Numbered from the stretch's first letter, positions 11,312 to 24,051 are shown. The stretch: 64,000 nt of DNA from Tubulanus polymorphus (GCF_964204645.1 NC_134031.1:19847910-19911909), one strand, 5' to 3'. A program made the numbers and translations. Notes: generated by a model from the sequence alone, not told the origin.

Positions 11312-14300
11312 ATGGCTGCAAGGCAGTATGTTGTGTCTGCTGGACCTTATGCTGATAACCAGCAACACGTGAAGCCTCACAACGTTCACCAACATGAGGT
11401 TGGGGGAGTCAGAGGATATAGTCATTACGGGACGGTTCAACCTCCTCAACAACCGAGATCACCGAATTTAAAATTCAACGAACGTTACCCAGCGGCCGAC
11501 TGCGTCGCGACAGCTCTACCGTATCGCCCCGGTTCACCGCGGGGTCATTCGCATTTATACCCGCAACGAGCTCCGTTAGAAATGTTACACACGCGTTACG
11601 AATCGGGCGGCGGCCCCTCGCCCAACAGCCCGCCGGTGAGCGGGTTCCATCATCAGCGCCCAATCAGCCCATCGTCGCCCGGCTCGCGACAAATACCGGT
11701 TCAGCATTTAGATATGTCTCCGCGATCACCAGCAGGGGGAGCTGCGGTCGGGCGATCAGCGATGTCGTCAGATTCTCCGAAGATGACGCCAGTGAAAGTG
11801 ATCGGATCATCGGAACATCAACAGATTTATAACTCAGCATCTCCAGTGAGTATATCATAAAAAAACGGTGCAGGCTCGTAGGTCCCTACAACTCCTAGAT
11901 CGGTTTAAAACTCATCTTGAAAATGCTTTTAAATGTGCTTGAACCTCCTTTAATTCGAGCAAAATGCCCAAAACTCCTTCATTAGGCAATTTGAGATACA
12001 CAGTGAACTACACCTAAATCATTTGAGTTGGAACCAAGACTCATTTTGCCCAATTAGGTGGTTACCGAATTTGAAAAAGAGTTTAGTTAGTGTATTATTG
12101 AAATATACTTACCAAATCTCTGAATTAACCGTTTACTGAGATGAACGGTGCCGATTTAGTCTGCAGTAATTGGGATATGAAGTGATTCTGTCGTTTCCTC
12201 GATAATTGAAATTTTTAAGCTCCTTATATCCAGGAATGACAGATCTGTTTGGACCCTGAACGATAAAATAGAAAATCCCAAAACCCGAGTGAATTTCATT
12301 CAAATTAAATTTCAGGTCGATTACGGAAAACCGCAAGTACCACGTCACGAAGAACAACCATCTAGTCCGAGACCGTACAGTCCGAAACCGGCAAGTAGCG
12401 TTCTAATCCGCGGAGTCCGAGCTCCGACTCATCCGCCTGCTATCCGAACACCCGGTATAACCACGGCGACCGTATCGGGACCAGTAATCACTCCTCAGCC
12501 GGCGACGCTTACCAAAATGGTTCTTTCGCAAAACATGACTGCGATGAAACGTCCCGGGGACCTCGCGATCATCAATCAAAAACCAAAATCCCCGACTGTG
12601 AAAGAGGCTGAAGTCGATGCTTTGACCGATTTACTGATTCGTAACATGGAAGCTTCATCGGACCCGAATTATTTCGGTAAGATCAAATGTGGGAGTCGAG
12701 GATTCCGCTTGTGGAAAGTGAGGAACAACCAGGTGTCACTAGTGTGCTTTCGCGGTATTATGCCAGATTTCTTAATCTCGATTCAGTCGAAATCGATCCA
12801 TGATTTCTCAATTTTTTTTATTGATTTGCTGTACAAATATTAATTTGAGATTGAGAAGTCGCGTAATTAACGAGTAAAAAATTGAAAATGAATTGTGATT
12901 GTATGTTGTAGGTGTTTGTAGTAGATGTGGTGAAGCAATAGTCGATGAGGATTCAGGTTGTACAGCTCTCGATCAAATGTATCATGTTCCCTGTTTTGCC
13001 TGTACGCATTGTGGTAAGTTGACCGTTTAACCTCATCGCTGTCAGAACAATCAAACTCGCTTAAATTGCCGTAGTTCGGACGATAGATATGTTAGGGCGA
13101 TTATCAAAATGATGACTTGTATACATAGAGTTAGTAATTTGAAATGGAAATACAAATTTATTTAGACTCGAAAATAGTGATGACTTAAACGATGTGATGA
13201 CTTATCCGATGACAATTTAAGTAAATTTTACTGTAACTTTACTTCTGCTATCGCACCTCATTTCCTCCTTTGAGACGTTTTCATTTGTCATTTCAGAGAA
13301 AAATTTGAAAGGTTGTCCTTTCTTTGCCGTCGAAGGAAAACCTTTTTGCGAAGATTGTTATTTAGTAAGTGAAGAAATCTCTAATCATCAGGATCAAAAT
13401 AACTGTTTAATGACTAGATAGAAATCCAACACTAAACATGAATATTGAATTAGATTATTATAATGGAGTCTGAAAAGTTTCCTTGATCTTGTAGTTTATT
13501 GGGGGTAATGCACACCATAAATCAGCAGATTTAATGCATAGGAAACTAGGGGGTTACTCACTGGTGACTTTTCATCTTGTTCATTCTTAGTGTATTTTTA
13601 TGTTATCATTACAACGCAGTGTTTTATCATCGGTCGTCGTTAATGGCTGAAATCGACGTTCTTATTTCAGGCAACATTAGAGAAATGTTCGGTTTGTTCG
13701 AAAGCGATAACCGATCGTATCCTAAGAGCTACAGGTAAACCGTACCACCCTCAGTGTTTCACGTGTGTCGTCTGCGCGAAAAGTTTAGACGGGATTCCGT
13801 TTACAGTCGACGCCACAAATCAAATTCATTGTATCGAGGATTTTCACAGGTAAACAAACATTCAGATTGAAAATGGGGACTCCGTGCAGAACCAGCTATT
13901 GCGTAGCAATATTAGGAAAACTCGGGTCAAAATATAGTTCATTTTCAATAAACTTACATCAAAATTTTGATGAAACATTAACCCTAAGAAAATCATGTCT
14001 CTTTAACATAGCTACAGTCAAACTGAAAGTCCTCATTCATTTTCGATAAGATTTTAAACTTCAGTACTGATTGCTAGATAGTTGTTTTAGTTGTCCGAAA
14101 TTTATTCACTTTTTCACTCGCGTTTCAGGAAATTTGCGCCTCGATGTCACAGTTGTCATCAGCCGATAATGCCTGAAGCGAACAAAGATGAGACCGTTCG
14201 AATTGTCGCGATGGATCGGAGTTTTCATATACAATGTTACAAATGTGAGGTAAGCACCATGAATCATCAGTTTATCCGTCTGCTGCCATCCTCTGCTGAC

Positions 14301-14844
14301 TTTTCCCGCCCCATCAGACAATCTGGTGTTTGTACCCTGCACCCTCTCAGACAGTTACAGCCTGTACTCTGCACCCTCCGCAAACGGTCTACTGCCTGTA
14401 CCCTGCACCCCCCCCTCAGACAATTGACAAACTATTGCCTTACAAGACTTCACCCGGTCTCAATCCATGGATGCACTTTAAAACATATTATCAGCATGCG
14501 TTGAACATCAGGGGCCAGTTGCTCAAAAGTTGGCTGAAGATAACTGGTGGATAAATACCATAGTAACAATGCAATTCCAATTGTCACTATGTCAACTATC
14601 CACTGGTTAGCTCTAACCAACTTTTGAGCAACTGCAGCCCCAGATTGTCCTGTCTTCACCGGTGATTGTCTGAGCGGGCGGATGATATATTGTGTCAATC
14701 CTAACAACTATATTTTCTCTCTATTGCTAGGATTGTGGTATACTGTTGTCATCAGAGGTTGAAGGACAGGGCTGTTATCCACTCGATGATCATATTTTAT
14801 GTAAAAGTTGTAATGCAGAACGTATTCAAGCTATTTGTCAGTAG
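11312..14844 (+). CDS. Zyxin/LPP/TRIP6-family triple-LIM-domain protein, ~7 coding exons
   Basis: Pro/Ser-rich N-terminus and an NES-like pre-LIM helix [11 protein letters not shown]...NYFG. LIM exons lie at ~12912-13013, 13297-13364, 13671-13849, 14129-14249 ([14 protein letters not shown]...[20 protein letters not shown]) and 14731-14844 ([33 protein letters not shown]). AATAAA at ~15151. Confidence 0.9.
14508..14643. mobile_element. PIF/Harbinger-like MITE in the last LIM-gene intron
   Basis: TIRs GGGCCAGTTGCTCAAAAGTTGG / CCAACTTTTGAGCAACTGCAGCCC, flanked by CAG on both sides. Confidence 0.65.
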
Positions 14845-15936
14845 GAGAACTACTGAAAATACTTGTATAATCTGCTTCTAAATGTTGTTTCTAATATCTA
14901 TTTATTTATTTATAAAACTTTATATTCGAACCTTTGTCTCATGCTGTGTATGGTTTACGTATTATGTCCCTAAATCTAGTTTTGCTAAGTTCTCAAACCT
15001 GCCTCTTGTTTACACAACCTCTATTTTTAAACCTAACAGTATCTAATCTAAGCTAGGTTACTTTTCTTGCCTGTACCGACGAACCTACATACCTGTTGTG
15101 CCCGGAGGATGTAAAATCGTTGTAATTTTGCTGCCTTCTTGGCTTCATATAATAAAGTGTATTCAGTTTGTGAAACCCCAGTTTATTGTCAAATAGCTTA
15201 TATTGTATGCAAGTAATGATAACGAGTCGAAGTAGAACAATTAATCGAATATTTTACGTTTTATCACTTCTGTGTTTGTAAAATTTGCCATTTTAGGACA
15301 AACCTCATTGGTGCTATATTCGCGTGTTTTTAACGATAAATTAGTTTTTATACATGTAACTAGTTTACAGTACGTTGATATCACGTAAGGCTATAGCTTA
15401 ATGTCCACGTTCTTTCAACAGCTCAGAAATTGTGTCGATTGTTTAACTCGATTCCGTTTTGCGATGTATCCAAATTTGTATGGGAAATGTGATGATGCAA
15501 TCTTAGTCGCTCAATAATGTCTGCTTTGAAAATGATTATAATAATATATACATGTTGTCATATTAATTTAACTCTTTTCTTAATCAGTTAATTATCGTAG
15601 ATGCAGTTACATCATTCTTAGTACGTAGAGTGACGTGACAACCTCTGCCTTCCCATTGAGGTTGCTCTTTGACATGGCTGTTCTAACCAAGAAATGCCTT
15701 TTCTATTCTTCTGGATTTTCAATTTTTTGGCTCTAGTCGGTATGCTCTTACTCCTCTGAAAACCTCATGATCAAAGTGTTTTTAGACAAAAATTAAACAT
15801 CTCTTCAAAAACGTTAATATGATTTAGAGACCAAACTAAACTCGTCGAATATCGATATGTACACAATTTATTTTACAAAATATCTACAAATTTTTAAATG
15901 CAAAATTCACTGACAGCGGAGACAGATTAACCGGTA

Positions 15937-16969
15937 TCAGTCCTCTTCATTATCATCATCATCGTCGTCATCATCATCTTCCTCGGCAGCAGCGGCTGTT
16001 TCATCCTCCTGTTCCTCAGTTTCCATCTCATCGTGACCTCCGTTCTCCTCCGTAGCAGCCTCTTCCTCCTCTTCTTGCACGGCTTTCTTCTTCTTTTCAG
16101 CCGTTGCTACTTTCTTCGATTTCTGTTCATTCTTAAATGCTACAAAGAGCACAAGGGGTTAAATAGGTTAACCTATCACTCCTCATGTCTCCTGCATCCG
16201 CCCTGCCTATTACTCGTCAAGCCGCCTGAATACACCCCAGAAAAATATACGAATCTTAATTTACCTTCTAAACTAGATTTTAATGGATCGATGAATTTTT
16301 CGAATTCCATATCTTTCATAGCAGTGAGAACATCTTGAGCGCTGATCGTTTTGCGTTTGCCTTTCATCGCGTGGTTGTTGGCGCTGCAATGGATTACAAA
16401 TAATCAATAGTTCAATTTAAATTCATCAAAACAGCTAGAATTCTTAGAATCCAGGAATCGAAAATTCCCTAATGTTTCCCAGACTTTAGGCCAAAATGAT
16501 TAAATTATAAGATATCCTCAATGGGGACCGAGGGGTCCCTTGTGCCACTCGACACCAGCAAAAAGCGAATGACAAAAAAAACTAAATTGCTTGACTTTTC
16601 AGGAAAAGAATCCCCTGAACTGTAAGAATCCTGAAAACTTTCTGGTGAAATGGTGGATCAAATGTCGGACTGGTGGTTAAAGCTAACATACCATGAAGTA
16701 GCGTAGAGAACGAACACACTGGCTGCTTTAGACATCGCTAATCTGGCATCTTTAGATACATTCACACCATCAGGCAACTGAAAACAGTAATATTACAAGA
16801 CACAGTTCAAAGCTCGTCTCTGGTTTAAGATTTAATCTTACTGAGTCCGTGGTGGGCGACAAAAATCCTTTTTAATTTTGTTCTAATCTTTCATTCAACT
16901 TACAGCTTCTTTGATTATTCTCGTCACTACTGTGTTTGGCAGATTCAGATCTTCAGGTTTTTCAGCCAT
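15937..16969 (-). CDS. POLE3: DNA polymerase epsilon subunit 3 / CHRAC17 (histone-fold protein), 4 exons
   Basis: [22 protein letters not shown]|[28 protein letters not shown]|...[39 protein letters not shown]|AFKNEQK, followed by an acidic tail. Confidence 0.95.
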
Positions 16970-17228
16970 GGTTTAAACTAGAAGAGAGCAAAGTTTACCA
17001 AATTGACTTTATTGAGCTGCTGAATCAATGAACATGATGAAATGAAAAATGAAGCAAGTCAAACTAAACAAGACCAGACAACAAAAAGAAATATAGATAC
17101 GTACACAACGAAAGGGTGCTTACTGGGATTCAATTTGTAATACAAATGTTTGACGATCGCGATTGAAATAGGAGATTTATTTCGTTAATTACCTCAAAAA
17201 TTTTGCCAGGTTCCCGGGGCGAATTTCC

Positions 17229-17242
17229 CAATGACGTCATTG
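17229..17242. promoter_or_regulatory. Palindromic CRE (TGACGTCA) in the putative bidirectional POLE3/ALG14 promoter
   Basis: A perfect 14-bp palindrome CAATGACGTCATTG lies roughly midway between the divergent start codons, which are 575 bp apart. Confidence 0.5.
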
Positions 17243-17543
17243 CGGGATTCCCTACGCGAGGGAGCAAATCCAAATTTTCTTTATTCTCACGCAATAAATC
17301 TGAATTTGAATTTTCCTCAATTTCAAGGTCGTTGCCCATATGGTTTTTGTTTATTCAGGTTTTCATTTTTTTCTGATTATTTCATTAATACAAAGCTTAA
17401 ATATCGCAAGTAGTTGACTTCGAATCGATGTACAAGTATTCTATAAACTCCCTGTGAATTTTCGTCACATCTTTAACATCTGTCATTTTTAAATTTCAGC
17501 CTGGAACAAATAAGAAATTGAACTGGAATTCAAAATCTAAAAA

Positions 17544-18209
17544 ATGGGGATAACTTTCTTATGGTGTCTTGTTATTCTGCTAGTTGTGGGATGTCTACTG
17601 TCTCTACGCGTAATCTACGTCATCAGAAAAATCCGTTCGTTTCGAACAATGAAATCATCGAGAATTCGTGAACAATCGTCGACGGCGACGATGAAAACGA
17701 TGATAATCGCCGGATCGGGCGGACACTCGACGGAGATACTGCGTCTGCTCAGCGGGATCGACACGACTCGTTATAAACCGCGAGTTTACGTCGTCGCGAA
17801 CACCGATAGAATGAGCGACGGGAAAATTACGAATTTCGAAAAAAACGGCGAACATTTCGAAATAGTTCGAATTCCGCGCAGTCGCGAGGTTAAACAATCT
17901 TGGTCGACGACCGTTTGGAGCACGTTGGTCGCGTGTTTATATTGTCTGCCGTTGACATTTTATAAATCTCCGGATTTGATTTTGTGTAACGGACCGGGTA
18001 CGTGTATACCCCTGTGTCTCGCTGGTTTTCTGCTAACCGTGCTAGGCGTTAAAAAAGTCGCTATCGTTTTCGTCGAAAGCATTTGTCGCGTCGAAACTTT
18101 GTCGCTTTCCGGTAAAATTCTTCATTATTTCGCCGATGAATTAATCGTCCAGTGGCCTCAATTACAGTTACGATACCCGCAAACTCGATATATCGGAAAA
18201 ATTGTTTGA
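17544..18209 (+). CDS. ALG14: UDP-N-acetylglucosamine transferase subunit ALG14 (intronless CDS)
   Basis: N-terminal TM segment and motifs GSGGHSTE, RIPRSREVKQSW, PDLILCNGPGTCIP, FVESICRVETLSLSGKIL and VQWPQL. AATAAA at ~18245. Confidence 0.97.
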   Translation: MGITFLWCLVILLVVGCLLSLRVIYVIRKIRSFRTMKSSRIREQSSTATMKTMIIAGSGGHSTEILRLLSGIDTTRYKPRVYVVANTDRMSDGKITNFEKNGEHFEIVRIPRSREVKQSWSTTVWSTLVACLYCLPLTFYKSPDLILCNGPGTCIPLCLAGFLLTVLGVKKVAIVFVESICRVETLSLSGKILHYFADELIVQWPQLQLRYPQTRYIGKIV

Positions 18210-18753
18210 TTCTCGTTTAATATGTATGTATTGATATGTGGAAAAATAAAAGAATACATTCTAAGTGCTTTATATTTTTATAGTTTCGAAACCTAGGACA
18301 TCTCGGTAATCCTATTCAGCTTTGTGATAACTCGGACTTGGAATATAAACAGTTTATTGATACGAAAGTTTTCGGTATCATATCCCCTCTTCAGGTGAAA
18401 TACACATGAATCAAATGGACACCAGTAAAGAAACAGTAGACAACGTGAATCAACTGAATACAACTTCTGATTTATATGCACTAAGGGTCATATTTTTGAA
18501 TGAGTGCATGATGATAAACTTGATTAAACTCTTGACTGTTGTGTAAGAAGCATATTGGAATGAGGTGTATATTTTCTCTATTCATGTCTACACTAAATGC
18601 ATAAAATAATCATAAATCCTTTTCAAACTGAAACCTGAATAAAGATTTCTATGCGCGAAGCTCATTATTTCAGAATATCATTACTACATCTACATTCAGC
18701 CTATAGAAAGCGTACTAAGATTTACTCTATAGAAAATAAATGAGACCAAATTG

Positions 18754-19758
18754 ATGGGTTTAATGTTAGACAATAATCAATCTGAAACAGCGCACGAGTG
18801 TTTCAGTCGACGTTACTGGGAGAATGCTGAAAACCGATTCCATATTACTGCTATCGGTGGTACAGTTGTATGTGCGAGTGGTTTAGTCTTCAATTGTTTG
18901 AGTTTCATTATTTTGAGACGCATGTATTCGAGTGTGGTCACTACATACTATTTGCTCAGCATTCTAGCTGTCGTCGATTCCCTCTTTCTCGTCCTCAGTT
19001 TTTGTTTTACAAGCCTTTCAGATTTCATATGGATTTGGAAATTGGGCTTCACTAATTACCACCACCTGGGCAGTTCTTTTCTCGGCTCCTATTCTAAATA
19101 TCACGTGACGATATTCCACATGTTTGTTAAGATGTATCGAAACTGGCTGATAGCTATGATCAGTATTGAGCGCTGGTTGCAACTGTCATTCCCGCTGAAA
19201 TCCAGAGCTTTCATTACTCAAAAAAGATGTACGTTCGCTGTTGTGGGACTGTTTTGTTTCTGTTTTATGACACACGTCTATCGTTGGCGTTTCAATATCC
19301 TCAAGCCTGTATATAATGATTGTCCGTTATTTGATCGCATGATGTTTGTCCAGGACGTCCACCCGGATGGACAATTGGCTGGTCGCTTTGGAAATATCAT
19401 ACCCGTCATAGCGATGCCGCTCGTGATTCTCTCAATTACTAATATCGGATTGGTCAGAATCATAATCAGAGCCACATCGCGACGTAAGAAGATTTCCAAT
19501 TCGTCTTCAGTCGGAAGTGGTGACATACAAGCTACAATGTTAGCCTTGTCCTCAGTTATCGTTTATCTTGTTTGCGAAAGTCCAACGATGGTTGAACGAA
19601 TTCTAACTCTTTTAGGCGTCCGGGGGCTCGTGTTTTTGAGATCTACACAACACTTTCTATCGCAAGTTGACTCTTGTGTAAATTTTTTTCTGTACTGTGT
19701 ATCTAGTGTAAAGTTTCGCCATCTTGTCCGCAATTTAATTTGCAAACAATGTCGCTAA
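18754..19758 (+). CDS. Rhodopsin-class (class A) GPCR, FMRFamide-receptor-like/orphan invertebrate type
   Basis: Seven hydrophobic segments, with GLVFN (TM1), LAVVD (TM2), IERW (DRY equivalent), CESP (TM6) and NFFLY (TM7). The ATG is at 18754; the track ORF starts at an upstream TTG. Confidence 0.88.
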   Translation: MGLMLDNNQSETAHECFSRRYWENAENRFHITAIGGTVVCASGLVFNCLSFIILRRMYSSVVTTYYLLSILAVVDSLFLVLSFCFTSLSDFIWIWKLGFTNYHHLGSSFLGSYSKYHVTIFHMFVKMYRNWLIAMISIERWLQLSFPLKSRAFITQKRCTFAVVGLFCFCFMTHVYRWRFNILKPVYNDCPLFDRMMFVQDVHPDGQLAGRFGNIIPVIAMPLVILSITNIGLVRIIIRATSRRKKISNSSSVGSGDIQATMLALSSVIVYLVCESPTMVERILTLLGVRGLVFLRSTQHFLSQVDSCVNFFLYCVSSVKFRHLVRNLICKQCR

Positions 19759-20964
19759 ACAGTCCTTAAAAATAAAACTTTGTCTTGTAATTCTGTAGTC
19801 AATAAGATACAGTAAAATTTGGAGGGATGACGGTCTTATTTGGACATTATTTACTGTGTCTACTCAACCGTAAACTCTGGTATGAAATAATGATGGTTCA
19901 TTCTGAGTAAGTTCTATAAGGAGATCTAATAAAGCTGCCGTTTAGGGCTGAAAATCAAGAGGACCCCGTGTAACATCGATAAGTCCAAAGGAAGTAGCAC
20001 ATTAGCAGAAAGCCCCGAACTACTGGCAGTTACCTGGCATTTTTTTATTAATGCATGTCTTCGGGAATTCATTATTGCAAACTACTAGCTCAAGGAAACA
20101 TTTTCGGACTTAGTTCTACGTTACCAATACTGTAATTCCCGAAGATGACTATCATGGCCAGATCAAGTGTCTTATCAAAGGTAGTTTTCCATTATGCAAT
20201 TCATATTACATATTGCATTCGTTGTTGGAAAGAAAATAAAGACGGGATTCGAACCAAAATATTCAATATTCCTACTGTGGAGGTTAGTAATGATAATTCC
20301 GTGCCTATAATATAACTATAACTTACTGTTTTCATCAAATTCAATGCTTTATTTGAAAATTATCTGCATGAAATGAAGATTTTTTTCTCTCGAAAGTGGA
20401 GAATTAATATGATAATTGGTAAAGTGGAAGTCTAGAGTTAAGCTAATATGCCTAGGAAGGAATAGCGATGATTTAAAGCTAGGATTCCATGCATTGCCAT
20501 GGAATCTGATAATATTTCAGATTAAACAAACGAGTTGTCAAGTTAAATTGTTTCTTTGTTTGGTAGACATTATTGAGGAATTATCCTACAGTTGACAGTA
20601 TCATTTTCGAGACGAATAACGAAACACTACTTGCTGACGTATGCAATGTAAAAAACTCATTAATTTCTGGATTCAGGCTGCATGACATACGCAGAAATTG
20701 ATAATAAAATCAGAACATTGCTTATTGAATTACCTATGTATACTTTACGGAATTTTGTACTGTGCAATGGTCTATTGTGTCGCAAATGAATCCCGAATAG
20801 CATGTGTTATTGATGTAAATTACGATTAAAGTGAAATAATGTTTTCTGTTCATTCATATTTCTGTCGTCACCCGGAAATTATCGCACAGCATGATGATGA
20901 ACGATCAATCTCAAGTATTCACTGTTTGGAAGATCTTTGTGGTTGAGGATGTCAAACGCGAGGC

Positions 20965-21924
20965 ATGACAAACACAACCGAGCAGAGGGAGGTCGATATC
21001 TTTGCGAAGACCTTTATCGAATTCGTAACTTTAGAAATTTTACCGTTGAAAGTTGCTGAGTGGCCATCGTTGCGGATGTTTATGATTATCACAATACCAT
21101 TGATATTTTTTCAAGGTGTCATCGGAAACTTGGCTACATTGTTAACGATGACTAGTAAACGATTCCGTCGGATGTCATATGCAAACTACCTTGCTGCACT
21201 TGCCGTTACAGATTTTGGCTCATCGTGGATGTATTTTCTACCATTTCCAAATTACGTATACGGATATGTGCTCGTGCGGGTAACAGGGTACTGGTGCGGG
21301 TTGTACGGATTTATCATACACATCTTAAATGTATCAAGTTCCGCTCTTGTAGTAGTTGTTGCGGTCGAGAGACTCGTGGTTGTCGCGTCACCGCTCATGG
21401 CACGAATAATATGTACGGCAAAATCAAGCCGCTATGTCATATTTTTCATTATCAGTTCGGCCGCAGTTCTCTTCTCTTATCATCTTAAACTTGCGGAGTA
21501 TTCTGAAAAGTTGGATTGTTTCATGAACTCCAGTCAACATTGTTTCAATTTCATATTCTCAGTCACAGTCAAATATTTCGTACCAGCCGTACTCATAGCA
21601 ATGATCAATGTCATTATAATTTTTTTCGTCCGTCGAAGTAAAGATTTTTGCTCCTGTGAACAGAAATCAAAACAGTCGATACGGATAACAGTAATGCTTA
21701 TAACTATGACGGCGGTGTTCGTGATGACCACATTTCCACCTGCTCTAGCAAGCGTCATGACGGTAGCTATGCGAGAGAAGCCAGCATTTATCGATCTAAT
21801 GAATTATTTCACGATGACATTACAATCAATAAATTATTCGCTTAATTTCTATATATATTTACTAGCGGGTAAGGATGTGCGAAAATTCGTTTTGTCACGG
21901 GCGGGATGCTGCGCAGAGACTTGA
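20965..21924 (+). CDS. Rhodopsin-class GPCR, orphan/peptide-receptor-like
   Basis: Motifs GVIGN, YLAALAVTD, VERL, TTFP and NFYIY. N-terminal NTT sequon and a C-terminal CC. Single exon. Confidence 0.9.
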   Translation: MTNTTEQREVDIFAKTFIEFVTLEILPLKVAEWPSLRMFMIITIPLIFFQGVIGNLATLLTMTSKRFRRMSYANYLAALAVTDFGSSWMYFLPFPNYVYGYVLVRVTGYWCGLYGFIIHILNVSSSALVVVVAVERLVVVASPLMARIICTAKSSRYVIFFIISSAAVLFSYHLKLAEYSEKLDCFMNSSQHCFNFIFSVTVKYFVPAVLIAMINVIIIFFVRRSKDFCSCEQKSKQSIRITVMLITMTAVFVMTTFPPALASVMTVAMREKPAFIDLMNYFTMTLQSINYSLNFYIYLLAGKDVRKFVLSRAGCCAET

Positions 21925-22171
21925 TTTTCGTATATAAATACACATTATGATTGTATCACCGGTTATTAGTGGTCAAAATAACCGTTCACCTTGTCCTGGA
22001 AGTGGTTCATCCACAGACGTCACATCGGCCACTTTAAGATTCTAGGTGAAGTAAGACGGAAATGTTTTATGGATATTTCAGTACCGGTGTTCACTATTTA
22101 TCTTAATCTGATGTTAGTCACCATTTGGTTTAAAAAGTATTGATTTAAATACTTTCTTTTTGCTGTCGGGC

Positions 22172-22460
22172 CATGATTTTTTCACGGAGCGGTGGTTGAC
22201 TTTCACCGTTACGTGCTGCCCCTATATATATAATAAGCGGTGAATATGCGAACTAAGATAACTGCACAATATTCTTACTGTGGCATGCAGTAATAAGTTA
22301 GTTCACATATTCGCCGTCAACGATATGTATAGGGGCAGCACTTAACGGTTATTGTCTTTTTCCGGTTTCGAATCCCGCTCTATGCCTCTATTTAACATAA
22401 TGGGTGATGAATCCAAATTTCTGTTTGGTACCTCATTTTATGAACCCCCATACAAACTAT
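22172..22460. repeat. Palindromic MITE-like element plus flank, duplicated at ~24284-24558
   Basis: ACCGTTACGTGCTGCCCCTATA...TATAGGGGCAGCACTTAACGGT inverted arms. The downstream GATGAATCCAA...CCCCATACAAACTAT is also shared between the two copies. A partial inverted copy lies at ~56570-56640. Confidence 0.75.
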
Positions 22461-22474
22461 AAGTTTAGGGTAAG

Positions 22475-22572
22475 CAAGCCTGTATACAATGATTGTCCGT
22501 TGTTTGATCGTATGCTGTTTGTCCAGGACGTCCACCTGGACAGATGGCTGGTCGCTTTGGAAATATCATACC
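22475..22572 (+). pseudogene. ~100-bp duplicated fragment of the first GPCR (ECL2/TM5 region)
   Basis: Close copy of 19302-19403 (KPVYNDCPLFDRM[M/L]FVQDVH) with a frameshifting indel. Confidence 0.85.
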
Positions 22573-23027
22573 ATAATGTCATGATCTTTTTTTTATTAAG
22601 ATCGCCGATGATAGCGTGCGCTATAAGCAACGTCTGTTTCAATTGCTATTTATTTTTGATAATTCAAAGACAGCAGTTATTGTTGTCGACCAAATAATCA
22701 GAACTTCGAAGCTATACGCACGTAGTTGTTGAAAGTTTCATCTCTTTGATTTCGCTCGTAAAGCCCCATGGATACGGAATTTTAAGTGAAGCTCACTGCA
22801 TTTAACTTTAACGATACGTAGTTACAAATCAATAAAGAAAATACACCAATGATTTTCCTAGATACAAAAATTGGAATTTACGTCAATAAAAAAGGCAGAA
22901 ATTACGTATCGGATTAAGAGATCTGGACAATATTGATTACATGAATATAATTTCTTCATTGCTGCTGTCTCCCACTCAGTGAATCACAAGGACTGCGCTG
23001 ATTTTACAGTGCTATGCTATAATTAGT

Positions 23028-24051
23028 ATGGGTTTTGAACGGAACCTACGGACTATTTTATTTCACGTATATCTTGTCTCGGAAGCACTTGTTGTAAGTT
23101 TAGATCCTCTGTTTTTCGTATTTAATTTACTTACACTCATTGCACTCGTCAGATGTCGTCACTTCCGTTCAGTTCGCGCGACTTTCATCTATCTGATCGC
23201 GCTAGCTGTTTCTGACGCGGTTTATGTGCTAAATAGTTTGACTGACTTCCCAGCTTCTTTAGTAAGATTAATTTTGTATATAGTAAACATCGATTGTAAT
23301 ATGAATTATCTTGGGATTTTGACGGGAGGCGAGTGCCCGATATTTCTAAGACGAATTGAGTCGATGTTTTCCCTCTCGCGTATAAACAATGAATCAGGCT
23401 GTCTCGGTATATTAGGAAGTATTACAAAATATTTATCAATGATTTTTTTCAAATTGGATCGTAGTTGCTATCGCTATGGAGAGGTATTTGTCTTTAGCGT
23501 GGCCGTTCTTTCACCGGCAACAAGTCACTAACTACAGAAGACGCATTTTAGTGTTTGTTATGTTTCTTGTGAGTTGCAGTCTCAATAATGGCGGTCTTCT
23601 TGTTGTTATCAGAGATTGTGAAAATCACACAATATGTTGTCAAAGCCTCGTTGCGTACAATGCTGGTAATGGAGATGCGTGGCTTTTCTCAGTTGGGCTG
23701 ATCAGTTTTATTCGAGGTCTAATGCCGTGTTTTGTAATTCTAGTTCTATCAGGTTTAACCGCCCGCATACGCAAAAAAGCTACAGGAACTTCACTCTCAA
23801 AAAGTGCAAATAAAACTATGTTTTATATCGTCGTTATTTTCTTAGTTGTCGTTCTACCGTACGAATTATATTCAAGTTTGATCACTCTAGCGCGAAGTGC
23901 AGGTGTCCGCAGTGGCTTAGAATTATTCAATATGCTAAGCGTGGTTATTCTACGTGTACAGCGTCAGTTGGTTTACCGGACTAACTTCTTCATTTATTTA
24001 CATACATTACCCGTGTTTAGATCGACCTTTAGAAACATGTGTTATCATTGA
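23028..24051 (+). pseudogene. Rhodopsin-class GPCR split by a 1-nt frameshift in a T7 run (pseudogene or assembly error)
   Basis: ORF 23028-23531 carries TM1-TM2 (YLIALAVSD) and ORF 23476-24051 carries ERY...NFFIY. Removing one T from 23443-23449 restores ...MIFSNWIVVAIAMERY. Confidence 0.8.
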
